Source: an uncultured Eubacteriales bacterium (GTDB lineage: Bacteria; Acidobacteriota; Aminicenantia; Aminicenantales; Saccharicenantaceae). From it: 64,000 nt of DNA. Where the stretch lies: contig CAZFZU010000003.1 of NCBI GenBank assembly GCA_964523615.1, positions 5,659 to 69,658 on the forward strand, given 5' to 3'. Below, piece by piece: positions 42,534 to 50,820 of the stretch. How positions within the stretch are numbered: the stretch's first letter is position 1; every line of letters starts with the position of its first letter. A program made the translations under genes and the position numbers. Below the pieces are notes generated by a model, which was not told the DNA's origin, ran no database searches, and saw only the letters and a program-made list of their open reading frames with translations.

Positions 42534-42956
42534 ATGGCGACGTTCGGAGTCGGACCCGAGAAGGAGCAGGCCCTGGCGGACCGGATGGAGGCCCTCGGCA
42601 TCCGCGAAGAGGACATCCTCGAGAAGTTCATCCGTTCGGGCGGCCACGGCGGCCAGAACGTCAACAAGGTCGCGACCTGCGTCTACCTCAAGCATCTGCC
42701 GACCGGGACCGAGGTCAAGTGCCAGCAGGAGCGCTCCCAGGCCCTCAACCGCTTCTTCGCCCGCCGCATCCTGGCCGACAAGATCGAGGCCGCCGTCCGC
42801 GGGCGCGAGAGCGAGGAGGAGAAGCGCATCGCCAAGATCCGCCGCCAGAAGAGGAAGCGCTCCAAGCGGGCCAAGGACAAGATGCTGGCCGACAAGCGCC
42901 GCGTCGGCGAGAAGAAGAAGGGCCGCGCCTTCCGGCCCGGCCCGCTCGACGAGTGA
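42534..42956 (+). CDS. arfB: alternative ribosome-rescue factor ArfB (peptidyl-tRNA hydrolase, class-I release-factor GGQ domain)
   Basis: 140 aa. GGQ motif in SGGHGGQNVNKV. Basic C-terminal tail RRQKRKRSKRAKDK. Confidence 0.8.
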   Translation: MATFGVGPEKEQALADRMEALGIREEDILEKFIRSGGHGGQNVNKVATCVYLKHLPTGTEVKCQQERSQALNRFFARRILADKIEAAVRGRESEEEKRIAKIRRQKRKRSKRAKDKMLADKRRVGEKKKGRAFRPGPLDE

Positions 42957-42968
42957 GCCCGTCCCGCC

Positions 42969-44243
42969 TCAGTCGGCGATGTAGCCCTGCCGGTGGCTGA
43001 TGCGGTAATCCCCGCCCTTGACCTTGACCGTGATCTGCCGGAAGACGCCGTCGGCCGCGTAGTCCTTCGGCGTGTAGTAGAGGAGGTAGTAGTTCTCGGC
43101 GGCGGCCACGGCCGTCTTCATGGCCGCCTCGACGTTGGCCGTCGAGGCCATGAACCCGCCGGTGGCCCGGCTCATCTCCCGGAAGGGGGCGAAGATGTCC
43201 TCCGACTGCTCCTCCATGACCACGCCGCGGACCCGGGGCGCCGGCCGCGTCAGGTAGAGGAAGTGCACGGAGGCGCCCGCGTCGGCGTAGGCCCGCTTGA
43301 CCGGCTCGATGTCGACCGGCTCCTCGCGGCGGAAGAACTCGAACACGGTGTTGACCGTCTGGATGACGTCGGGGCGCTGGTTGTAGGCGCTCATGAGGAC
43401 GGTCAGGGCGCTGGGATCGATCTTGGGGATGAACTCGCGCTGGTAGAAGAGGAAAACCTCCTTCTGCCCCGTCTGTTCGCGAAGATACTCGGCCAGGCGG
43501 TCGACCCGGGTCTGGTCGAGGTCGCGGACGTTCTCCAGGCGGCTCAGGGTGACGGCGTAGAGCTGGAGCTGCTCCTCCATGGAGGTCTTCAGCTCGAAGA
43601 TGGAGTCGGAGAAGCCGAAGGATTCGCCCATGGCCTGGGTCGTGGCGCCGGAGGTGTTGACGTTGACGGCGCTGGCGATGGTGGCGGCCAGGCCCGTCAT
43701 CTCGTCGATGATCTCGCGGTACTCCGTGTTGCCGATGAGGATGTCGCGCCGCAGGATGCCGATGAGCTTCTCGAAGACCTCGTCCCGGCCGGCGGCCCGC
43801 AGGACGTCGGACTTCATGCGGTAGGTCTTGAGCGGGGTGACGATGACGAGCTCGTCGCCTTCGGCCAGGACCTCTCGGACGAAGAAGGACAGGGCCTCCC
43901 GGACGCGGGGGTCGTACTCGGTCATCTCGAAGAACAGGTAGAAGTGGCGCCCCGTGTCGGGCCGGTAGGCCTTGGCCTCCTCGCGCCGCTCGACGAAGGC
44001 CTTCTTGACGAGATAGACGGCGTCGAGTGTCTGGAGCCGGCCGTTCTCGTAGACCTCGAAGTCGCCGAGCGGGATGCCGTCGACGAAGGCGCCGCCCTTG
44101 AAGACGCGGACGGGGACCTCGATGCTGACCGTCCCGGTCAAGTGCTGGGGGACCGGCGCGACGTCTTGCGCCGCGGCGACGGCCGCCAGGGCGGCCAGAG
44201 CGAAGGTGACGGCGACGGGAAAGCGGAAGGACGTGCGGCTCAT
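42969..44243 (-). CDS. VWA domain protein, TIGR03436-like (third paralog, shorter)
   Basis: Signal peptide. IEVPVRVFKGGAFVDGIPLGDFEVYENGRLQTL N-terminal motif and C-terminal YLLYYTPKDYAADGVFRQITVKVKGGDYRISHRQGY parallel the tandem pair. Confidence 0.6.
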   Translation of the reverse strand: MSRTSFRFPVAVTFALAALAAVAAAQDVAPVPQHLTGTVSIEVPVRVFKGGAFVDGIPLGDFEVYENGRLQTLDAVYLVKKAFVERREEAKAYRPDTGRHFYLFFEMTEYDPRVREALSFFVREVLAEGDELVIVTPLKTYRMKSDVLRAAGRDEVFEKLIGILRRDILIGNTEYREIIDEMTGLAATIASAVNVNTSGATTQAMGESFGFSDSIFELKTSMEEQLQLYAVTLSRLENVRDLDQTRVDRLAEYLREQTGQKEVFLFYQREFIPKIDPSALTVLMSAYNQRPDVIQTVNTVFEFFRREEPVDIEPVKRAYADAGASVHFLYLTRPAPRVRGVVMEEQSEDIFAPFREMSRATGGFMASTANVEAAMKTAVAAAENYYLLYYTPKDYAADGVFRQITVKVKGGDYRISHRQGYIAD

Positions 44244-44346
44244 GGCTGGGCCTCTCTCGATCTGCTGTCTGCGGCTCCCCGGCGGAGCGCGGGTCCATTA
44301 TAACACGCCGGACAACGGACGGTCGGTGCCCGGCGACGGACGCGGC

Positions 44347-44853
44347 CTAACGGCCGTGACCATGGCCGCCGCCACACTCGGAGGCCCGGCCCCGGAGGAT
44401 GTCGAGGCCGTGGGCGAGGACGGGGAGGATGACGGCCAGGCTCTCCCGGACCGCCCTCTCGCTCCCCGGCAGGTTGACGATGAGGGTGGCCTTGCGGATG
44501 CCGGCCGCGGCCCGGCTGAGGACGGCCGCCGGCGTCCGCTCGGCCCCGGCCCGCCGCATGGCCTCGGGAAGGCCCGGCGTCTCGCGCTCGATCACGGCCT
44601 TGGTCGCCTCCGGCGTCCGGTCGCGCGGGCTGAAGCCGGTCCCGCCCGTCGTCAGGACGAGCTCCAGGCCCTCGTCCGACCAGGCGACCAGGGTCGCCTG
44701 GACGTCCTCCGGCTCGTCGGGGACGATGGCCGTCCGGACGACCTCTCCGCCGGCGGCCTCGATCATCTCCCGGATGGCCGGGCCGCTGCGGTCCTCGCGC
44801 TCGCCCCGGGCGCCCTTGTCGCTCACCGTCAGGATGCCGACCTTCATGGTCAC
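44347..44853 (-). CDS. mogA: molybdopterin adenylyltransferase MogA/MoaB family
   Basis: 168 aa. LVLTTGGTGFSPRD motif. Confidence 0.8.
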   Translation of the reverse strand: MTMKVGILTVSDKGARGEREDRSGPAIREMIEAAGGEVVRTAIVPDEPEDVQATLVAWSDEGLELVLTTGGTGFSPRDRTPEATKAVIERETPGLPEAMRRAGAERTPAAVLSRAAAGIRKATLIVNLPGSERAVRESLAVILPVLAHGLDILRGRASECGGGHGHGR

Positions 44854-45824
44854 CCTCCGATCCGGAACATGTCGCCGGCCAGGCCCTCGAGCGGGCCGCG
44901 CTCCCAGGTCCGCTTGGCCTCGAAGGCGGCCCGCAGGGCGGCTTGGACGCCGGCCGGGCCGTCCGCCCCCTCGCGGAGGACGCGGCGGAGGTCGATGCCC
45001 GCCCGGTCGAAGAGGCAGACCCGCAGCCGTCCGTCCGGCCCGAGCCGCAGGCGCTCGCAGCCCCCGCAGAACGGTTCCGAGACCGGATCGATGAAGCCCA
45101 GCCGCGTCCTCCCGTCCCCGAGCCGGTAGACGGAGGCGACGCCGCCGTCGGCCGGCAGGCGCTCGAGCGGTCCCAACTCTCGCTCGATCCGGGCCCGGAC
45201 CTCCTCGCCCTTGACGAACAGGGCCGGCCGCCAGGCGCCGAGCTCCTTGCAGTCGGCCCCCAAGCCGCTCGTCGGCATGAGCTCGATGAAGCGCAGCTCG
45301 AGCCTCTCGCGCGCCGCGAAGCGCGCGAAGTCGGGGACCTCGTCGTCGTTGACGCCGCGGATGACGACGGTGTTGACCTTGAGGGGCTCGAGCCCGGCCG
45401 CCCGGGCCGCCGCGATGCCGGCCAGCACGCGGTCGAGGCCCGGCCGGCGGGTGATGCGCTCGAAGCGGTCGGGCCTGAGCGTGTCCAGGCTGACCGTCAC
45501 CCGGCGGAGCCCGGCGGCCTTCAGCTCCGCCGCGGCTGCGGCCAGGCCCAGGCCGTTGGTCGTCAGGGCCAGGTCGTCCGGGCCCAGCGCCGCCAAGAGC
45601 CGGACCAGGGAGGCCAAACCGCGGCGGGCCAGCGGCTCGCCGCCCGTCAGCCGGAACCGGCGGACGCCGGCCGCCATGGCCGCCCGGGCCACCGCGGCGA
45701 TCTCCTCGTAGGTCAGCAAATCGCCCATCGGGACGAGGGCGACGCCCGACTCCGGCATGCAGTAGACGCAGCGCAGGTCGCAGCGGTCCGTGACCGAGAC
45801 GCGGAGGACCTTACCGCTTCTCAA
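44850..45824 (-). CDS. moaA: GTP 3',8-cyclase MoaA (radical SAM)
   Basis: RVSVTDRCDLRCVYCMP radical-SAM cysteine motif and C-terminal auxiliary-cluster cysteines. 4-nt overlap with mogA. Confidence 0.9.
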   Translation of the reverse strand: MRSGKVLRVSVTDRCDLRCVYCMPESGVALVPMGDLLTYEEIAAVARAAMAAGVRRFRLTGGEPLARRGLASLVRLLAALGPDDLALTTNGLGLAAAAAELKAAGLRRVTVSLDTLRPDRFERITRRPGLDRVLAGIAAARAAGLEPLKVNTVVIRGVNDDEVPDFARFAARERLELRFIELMPTSGLGADCKELGAWRPALFVKGEEVRARIERELGPLERLPADGGVASVYRLGDGRTRLGFIDPVSEPFCGGCERLRLGPDGRLRVCLFDRAGIDLRRVLREGADGPAGVQAALRAAFEAKRTWERGPLEGLAGDMFRIGG

Positions 45825-46281
45825 TCCGGTCTCCCGGGCGGACCTGGCCGCCCTCGACGACCTCGCAAAAGACGCCCCGGACGGGCATGATGCACTCGCC
45901 GGTGAGGCGCTGGACGGCGCAATGGGCGTGGCATTCCTTGCCGATCTGGGTGACCCGGAGCCGGACCGAGGCGCCCACGGCCAGCTCGTCGCCGATGGCC
46001 AGGCCGCCGAGGTCGATGCCGCGCGTCGTCAGGTTCTCGGCGTAGGCGCCGGGCCTGATGGCTTCCGCGGCCGGGCCGCCGCCGCACTTCTCCCGCTGGG
46101 CCTCGATGTCCTCGGCCATAAGCAGGGAGACCTGGCGGTGGCCGAAATCCCGGTGGGCGTCGCCCTCGAGGCCCCGGCCGGCGGCGAGGGCGGCCCGGGG
46201 AACGGGCGTTTTGACCTGGCCCTTCTCGCGGCTGACGTTGACCGAGACGAGGGCGCCGGCCGGACCGGCGGGCGCGGTCAC
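45811..46281 (-). CDS. MOSC domain protein (Moco-sulfurase C-terminal beta-barrel domain)
   Basis: GTG start overlapping the moaC stop (GTGA). GLEGDAHRDFGHRQVSLLMAEDIE and RLRVTQIGKECHAHC resemble the MOSC fold with its conserved Cys. Confidence 0.55.
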   Translation of the reverse strand: MTAPAGPAGALVSVNVSREKGQVKTPVPRAALAAGRGLEGDAHRDFGHRQVSLLMAEDIEAQREKCGGGPAAEAIRPGAYAENLTTRGIDLGGLAIGDELAVGASVRLRVTQIGKECHAHCAVQRLTGECIMPVRGVFCEVVEGGQVRPGDRIEKR

Positions 46282-46760
46282 GGCCGTCTCCGGAAGGTCC
46301 CGCTCTTGCCGCCGGACTTGTACTCGAGGCGCAGACGGCCGATCACGGCCCCGCGCTCGACGGCCTTGACCATGTCGTAGACCGTCAAAGCGGCCACGGC
46401 CGCGCCGGTCAGGGCCTCCATCTCGGCCCCCGTCTTGGCCTCGGCGGCGACGCGGCAGCGGACGCGGACGCCCGTCTTCAGGACCTCGAGGTCGACGGCG
46501 ACGCTCTCGAGCGGGATGGGGTGGGCCAGGGGGATGAGCTCGAAGGCCCGCTTGGCCGCCTGGATGCCGGCCAGCCGGGCCGTGTTGAGGACGTCTCCCT
46601 TGGCCAGGGCGTTCCGGCGGACGAGCCGCAGGGTGGCCGGCCCCAGCTTGACGAAGGCCGAGGCGGCCGCCTCGCGCCGGGTCACGGCCTTGGCCCCGAC
46701 GTCGACCATCTTGGCCTTGCCCCGGCCGTCCACGTGACTGAGCTTGGCCATCGCGCTCAC
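46278..46760 (-). CDS. moaC: cyclic pyranopterin monophosphate synthase MoaC
   Basis: LSHVDGRGKAKMVDVGAKAVTRREA...AKGDVLNTARLAGIQAAKRAFELIPLAHPI, characteristic of MoaC. Confidence 0.9.
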   Translation of the reverse strand: MSAMAKLSHVDGRGKAKMVDVGAKAVTRREAAASAFVKLGPATLRLVRRNALAKGDVLNTARLAGIQAAKRAFELIPLAHPIPLESVAVDLEVLKTGVRVRCRVAAEAKTGAEMEALTGAAVAALTVYDMVKAVERGAVIGRLRLEYKSGGKSGTFRRRP

Positions 46761-47974
46761 CGTCCGTCCATGTACAGGATATCGACCTCCCGGCCGGCCT
46801 CGAGGCGCGCGGCGTCGGCCGGGACGACGATGAGGACGCGGCCGCGGACCATCGACCGCAGGACGCCGCTGCGCTGGTCGGCATAGGGCGCGACCTTCAG
46901 GGCGGGCCCGTCGCCCTCGAGGACGCCGCGCAGGAACTGGAGGCGCCCCGGCTTGAGGGCGATGTCCGCGGCGAGCAAGGCTCTTCCGGCGCGGGGGCCC
47001 GTCGCGGCGCGGCCGAGCAGGCGGTCCAGGGCCGGCCCGACGAAGAGCAGGAAGGTGACCATGGCGCTGGTCGGATTGCCGGGCAGGCCGAAGACGAGCT
47101 GCCGGCCGCGCCGGCCGAAAAAGACGGGCTTGCCGGGCTTGATGCGGACCCGCCAGAAGACGGATCTGACGCCGAAGGCCTCGAGCTCCTCCTTGACCAG
47201 GTCGTAGTCGCCGACGGAGACGCCGCCGGAGAGGACGAGGACGTCGGCGCCGCGGGCCCGGGCCAGCTTGGCGCGCAGGGAAGAGGCGCGGTCGCGGGCG
47301 ATGCCCAGGTAGACGGCCTCGGCGCCGGCCGCGGCGGCCATGGCCGCGAGGGCCGGTCCGTTGGCGTTGCGGATCTGGCCGGGCCCCTTGGGCGCGCCGG
47401 GCTCGACGATCTCGTCGCCCGTGGCGATGACGGCTACCTTCGGCCGGCGGGCGACGGCGACGCGGGCCCGGCCGGTCGCGGCCAGCACGGCGATCTCGGC
47501 CGGTCCGACGACCGCGCCGCGCTCCAGGGCCCGTTGGCCCTTGGCCAGGTCCTCGCCGGCCGCGCCGATGTTGTCGCCGGGCCGGACGGCGCGGCGCAGG
47601 ACGACACGGCCGTCGCGCGTCTCGCTGTCCTCGACCATGACCACGGCGTCGGCCCCGGCCGGCAAGGGGGCCCCGGTCATGATGCGGACGGCCTGGCCGG
47701 GTCCGACGGTGCGGCGCGAACGCCGGCCCGCCGGCAGGTCCTCGAGGACCTCGAGCGTGACGGCGACGTCCGGACCGGCGCCGGCCGGGCGCGTGTCGGC
47801 GGCGCGGACGGCGTAGCCGTCCATGGTCGCCTTGGTGAACGGGGGCACGGGCTCGCGGGCGGCGATGTCGCGGGCCAGGGTCCGGCCGAGGGCCGCGGCC
47901 AGCGGCACGAGCTCGGCCGGGAGCGCCCGGGCGGCGGCCAGGACGAGGGACCGGGCTTGGGCGTATTCGATCAT
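46757..47974 (-). CDS. moeA: molybdopterin molybdenumtransferase MoeA
   Basis: 405 aa. MoeA N-terminal/linker pattern and GG...SGGVSVGDYD motif. Confidence 0.85.
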   Translation of the reverse strand: MIEYAQARSLVLAAARALPAELVPLAAALGRTLARDIAAREPVPPFTKATMDGYAVRAADTRPAGAGPDVAVTLEVLEDLPAGRRSRRTVGPGQAVRIMTGAPLPAGADAVVMVEDSETRDGRVVLRRAVRPGDNIGAAGEDLAKGQRALERGAVVGPAEIAVLAATGRARVAVARRPKVAVIATGDEIVEPGAPKGPGQIRNANGPALAAMAAAAGAEAVYLGIARDRASSLRAKLARARGADVLVLSGGVSVGDYDLVKEELEAFGVRSVFWRVRIKPGKPVFFGRRGRQLVFGLPGNPTSAMVTFLLFVGPALDRLLGRAATGPRAGRALLAADIALKPGRLQFLRGVLEGDGPALKVAPYADQRSGVLRSMVRGRVLIVVPADAARLEAGREVDILYMDGR

Positions 47975-49032
47975 GGGAGCTTTCCGGTTTCCGCCGTCCG
48001 TTCCGGGACGAGCGCGACGGACGACGGCTCGAATCTTAGCAGAACCTCCCCGGAAAGGGAAACGCCCAGCCGGCCGAGCTCGGCCAACGGCACGACGGCC
48101 CTGAAGACGAGGTCGCCGCTGACGCGGACGAGGGCCGTCGCCGCTCCGGTCGTTTCCATGCGGGTCACGCGGCCGCGGAAGACGTTCGGCCCGGCCGGGG
48201 CCGGCCCGCCGTCCCCGGCCGGTATGAGCCGGATGTCGGCAGGATCGATGACGCAGGTCGCGTGGCCCGCGACGGGGCCGCCGCAGACGATGCGGACGCC
48301 CGGCTTGGGCTCGATCCAGTTCGTCCTGCCATCGGTCGCGGCAACGCCGCAGAAGCAGTTCTCGTGGCTGAATTCGACGCGCCTCCCCTCCGAGAGATAG
48401 AGAACGGTGCCGGCCAGGCGGGAGGCCTGCGAGAAATTGTGGGTGGAAAAGACGACCGTCGCGCCCCAGGAATGACCGGCCTCGCGGAGGAGGGCCTCCG
48501 TCCGCAGAGACAGGCCGGCGTCGAGATTGGCCGTCGGCTCGTCGAACAGCAGGACCCGCGGCCGCAGGGCCAGGGCCCGGGCCAAGGCCACGCGCTGGGC
48601 CTGTCCGGCGCTCAGGCCGGCGACGGACCGGCCGCCTCCGCCGTCGAGCTCGACGAGGGCCAGGGCCGCCTCGACGCGGGCGGACCGTTCGGGCTCGGGG
48701 ACCTTGCGGAGCCTGAGGCCGAACCCGACGTTATCGGCGACGGTGCCCTTGAAGAGATAGGGATGGTGGGAGACGAGGACGGCGTCGCGGCGGGCCGCGA
48801 GGGCGCCGTTCCCGTCCGCCCAGGGGTCGCGGCCGCGGAACTCGAGCCGGCCGGCGCCGGGCTTGAGGAGGAAGGCCAGGAGGCCGAGCAGGGTCGATTT
48901 GCCGGCCCCGTTCGGCCCGACCAGGGCCAGGACCTCGCCGGGCCGGACCTCGAGCGCCTCGACGGCGAGCGTGAAGGCGGACCCGGGATAGGAGAAGGCC
49001 AGGTCCTCGAGCCTGTAGAGCGGGGCGTCCAC
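47971..49032 (-). CDS. ABC transporter ATP-binding protein with C-terminal TOBE (molybdate/tungstate-binding) domain
   Basis: Walker A GPNGAGKST. Signature LSAGQAQRV. Walker B LLFDEPT. C-terminal TOBE-like region. Confidence 0.8.
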   Translation of the reverse strand: MDAPLYRLEDLAFSYPGSAFTLAVEALEVRPGEVLALVGPNGAGKSTLLGLLAFLLKPGAGRLEFRGRDPWADGNGALAARRDAVLVSHHPYLFKGTVADNVGFGLRLRKVPEPERSARVEAALALVELDGGGGRSVAGLSAGQAQRVALARALALRPRVLLFDEPTANLDAGLSLRTEALLREAGHSWGATVVFSTHNFSQASRLAGTVLYLSEGRRVEFSHENCFCGVAATDGRTNWIEPKPGVRIVCGGPVAGHATCVIDPADIRLIPAGDGGPAPAGPNVFRGRVTRMETTGAATALVRVSGDLVFRAVVPLAELGRLGVSLSGEVLLRFEPSSVALVPERTAETGKLP

Positions 49033-49033
49033 G

Positions 49034-49687
49034 TCAGGTCTCCCGGCCCTTGCCGCCTAGGCCCGTCTGGACCAGGGCGTTGATGCCGAGCGTGACGGCC
49101 AGCAGGATGAGGCCGAGGGCGACGCCGTTGCCGAACTCGCCCTTGGCGGTCTCGAGGGCGATCGAGGTCGTGATGTTCCGCGTGGCGTGGCGGATGTTGC
49201 CGCCGAGCATCATGGCTATGCCGACCTCGGAGACGGCCCGGGCGAAGCCGGCCAGGACGGCCACCAGGAGCGGGAAACGGGCCTCGCGCAGGACGATCCA
49301 GCCGGCCTGGCGCCGGTCGGCGCCGAGCGTCAGGGCCGTCGTCCGGGCCCGCCGATCGACCTGTCGCAGGGCCGTGTAGGAGAAGCCCGTGATGAGCGGC
49401 AGGATGAGGAAGACCTGTCCGATGGTCATGGCCGCCTGGGTGTAGAGGAGCCCGAAGCGGCCGAAGGGGCCGCTCCGGCCGAGGAGAGTATAGAAGAGAA
49501 GGCCGATGACCACGGTCGGAGCGGCCATCCAGGTCTGGTTGACGACCAGGATGAGCTTCTTGCCGCGGAACTCGCGGCCGGCCAGGAACAGGGCGGCCGG
49601 CACGGCCAGGGCGCTGGCGGCGACGGCGGCCAGGCCGCTCGTCTTGAGCGAGATCCAAACCGCCTGGAGGAGCTCACCGAGGATCAT
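49034..49687 (-). CDS. molybdate/tungstate ABC transporter permease
   Basis: 217 aa, 5-6 TM. EAA-like loop (ALTLGADRRQAGW). ATGA-type overlap with the upstream binding-protein gene. Confidence 0.75.
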   Translation of the reverse strand: MILGELLQAVWISLKTSGLAAVAASALAVPAALFLAGREFRGKKLILVVNQTWMAAPTVVIGLLFYTLLGRSGPFGRFGLLYTQAAMTIGQVFLILPLITGFSYTALRQVDRRARTTALTLGADRRQAGWIVLREARFPLLVAVLAGFARAVSEVGIAMMLGGNIRHATRNITTSIALETAKGEFGNGVALGLILLAVTLGINALVQTGLGGKGRET

Positions 49688-50592
49688 TTGAGGAGGTCCA
49701 CCCCGGGGACGGCGGCGAGAGGCTCGAACAGGGGCCGCCCGGCTTTCCCGCGGAACTCCCCGATGAGCGTCTGGCCGCGGGGCGAGGTCAGGAAGGCGAT
49801 GAAGGCCATGGCCTCGGCGTAGCGGGCGCCGGGGACGCGGGCCGGATCGACGGCGATCGCGGCGTAGACGTTCTCGAGGTCGGGGGCGCTCTCGAAGAGC
49901 GGGACCAGGCCGTCGAGGCCCTTGAGGGCGAGGAATGTTGCCGTGTCGGTCAGAGTGTAGGCGCGTTTCTCGGCCGCGACGCGCAGGGTCTCGGCCATGC
50001 CCTGGCCCGTCTCGAGGTAGGCGGCGGGAGGGCCGCCGGCCGAAGACCAGATGTCCCGCTCGCGGGCGTGGGTGCCGGAGTTGTCGCCGCGGCTGACGAA
50101 GGGGCGGCCGGCCGCTTTGATCCGGCCGAAGGCCTCGGCGGCCATGGCAGCGCCGGCGACGCGGGCGGGGTCGTCGGAGGGGCCGACGACGACAAAGAAG
50201 TTGCGGGCGATGACCCGGCGGTTGACCCCGTAGCCCGAGCGGACGAACTCGTCCTCGAGCGCGCGGGCGTGGACGATGACGGCGTCGGCGTTGCCGTCGC
50301 GGGCCTGCTTGAGGGCGGCGCCGGTGCCGACGGCGATCCACTTGAGGCGGATGCCCGTGTCGGCGGAGAAAGCGTCGGCCAGGACGTCGAGCAGGCCGGT
50401 GGCGTCGACGCTCGTCGTCGTCGCCAGCATCAGCGTCCGCTCGGCGATGGGGGGTGTGAGAGGGGACTTGTCGCTCGGGTATGTGTCCCCGCTCTTCGCC
50501 GGGAGAAGCGCCGCGGCGCAGGCGAGAGAGAGGGCCGCGGCCCAGAGGACGGGCCTAGCGAGGCCGCGAGTCGGCCGGGAAAGACGGCGCAC
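49684..50592 (-). CDS. tungstate/molybdate ABC transporter substrate-binding protein (TupA-like)
   Basis: Signal peptide. FVSRGDNSGTHARERDIW resembles the TupA oxyanion-binding motif (from memory). GTG start with AAAAGGAGA RBS. Confidence 0.7.
   Translation of the reverse strand: MRRLSRPTRGLARPVLWAAALSLACAAALLPAKSGDTYPSDKSPLTPPIAERTLMLATTTSVDATGLLDVLADAFSADTGIRLKWIAVGTGAALKQARDGNADAVIVHARALEDEFVRSGYGVNRRVIARNFFVVVGPSDDPARVAGAAMAAEAFGRIKAAGRPFVSRGDNSGTHARERDIWSSAGGPPAAYLETGQGMAETLRVAAEKRAYTLTDTATFLALKGLDGLVPLFESAPDLENVYAAIAVDPARVPGARYAEAMAFIAFLTSPRGQTLIGEFRGKAGRPLFEPLAAVPGVDLLK
50462..50490. repeat. degenerate REP-like palindrome (GGGGACTTGTCGC-TCGG-GTATGTGTCCCC) inside the coding region of the substrate-binding protein gene
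   Basis: Matches the REP consensus GGGGACATGTACC-N4-GGTACGTGTCCCC at 22-23 of 29 positions. Translates in frame as the linker GDTYPSDKSP after the signal peptide. Confidence 0.35.
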
Positions 50593-50730
50593 GGTGTCTC
50601 CTTTTCGAGCACGGAAGGAGGAGCCGTTTCCCGCTCCTCCCTATCGGCCGGAGGGCCTGGCCAAGGGGCTGTAGCGCCTCGGGCTCGGAGCAACCGATGT
50701 GATAGCACATCGGCCCGGGCCTGTAAAGTC
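50593..50730 (-). ncRNA. candidate Moco (molybdenum cofactor) riboswitch / structured leader of the tup-moe-moa-mog operon
   Basis: ~138-nt leader on the minus strand. Contains GCUCCGAGCC. A perfect hairpin GGAGGAGC-GGGAAACG-GCUCCUCC is followed by CCGUGCUCGAAAAGGAGAcaccGUG, so an anti-RBS segment sits next to the RBS. Resembles what I recall of the E. coli moaA Moco element (CCUCC...GGAAAGG-start). Genomic context is the classic one for this riboswitch. Confidence 0.4.
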
Positions 50731-50734
50731 GACC

Positions 50735-50820
50735 CAAAATGGGGCCGTTTCTATTTTATTTGTTCATCTTGTCTTCATCTTGGTCGAAGATGAAAAAAAT
50801 AAATAGAAACGGCCCCATTT
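50735..50820. repeat. AT-rich palindromic element, copy 2 (longer variant; arms AAATGGGGCCGTTTCTATTTTATTT / AAATAAATAGAAACGGCCCCATTT)
   Basis: 24-bp near-perfect inverted arms with an inner TTCATCTT/AAGATGAA repeat. Lies between the dus stop (which sits inside its right edge) and the Moco-operon leader. Confidence 0.75.
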
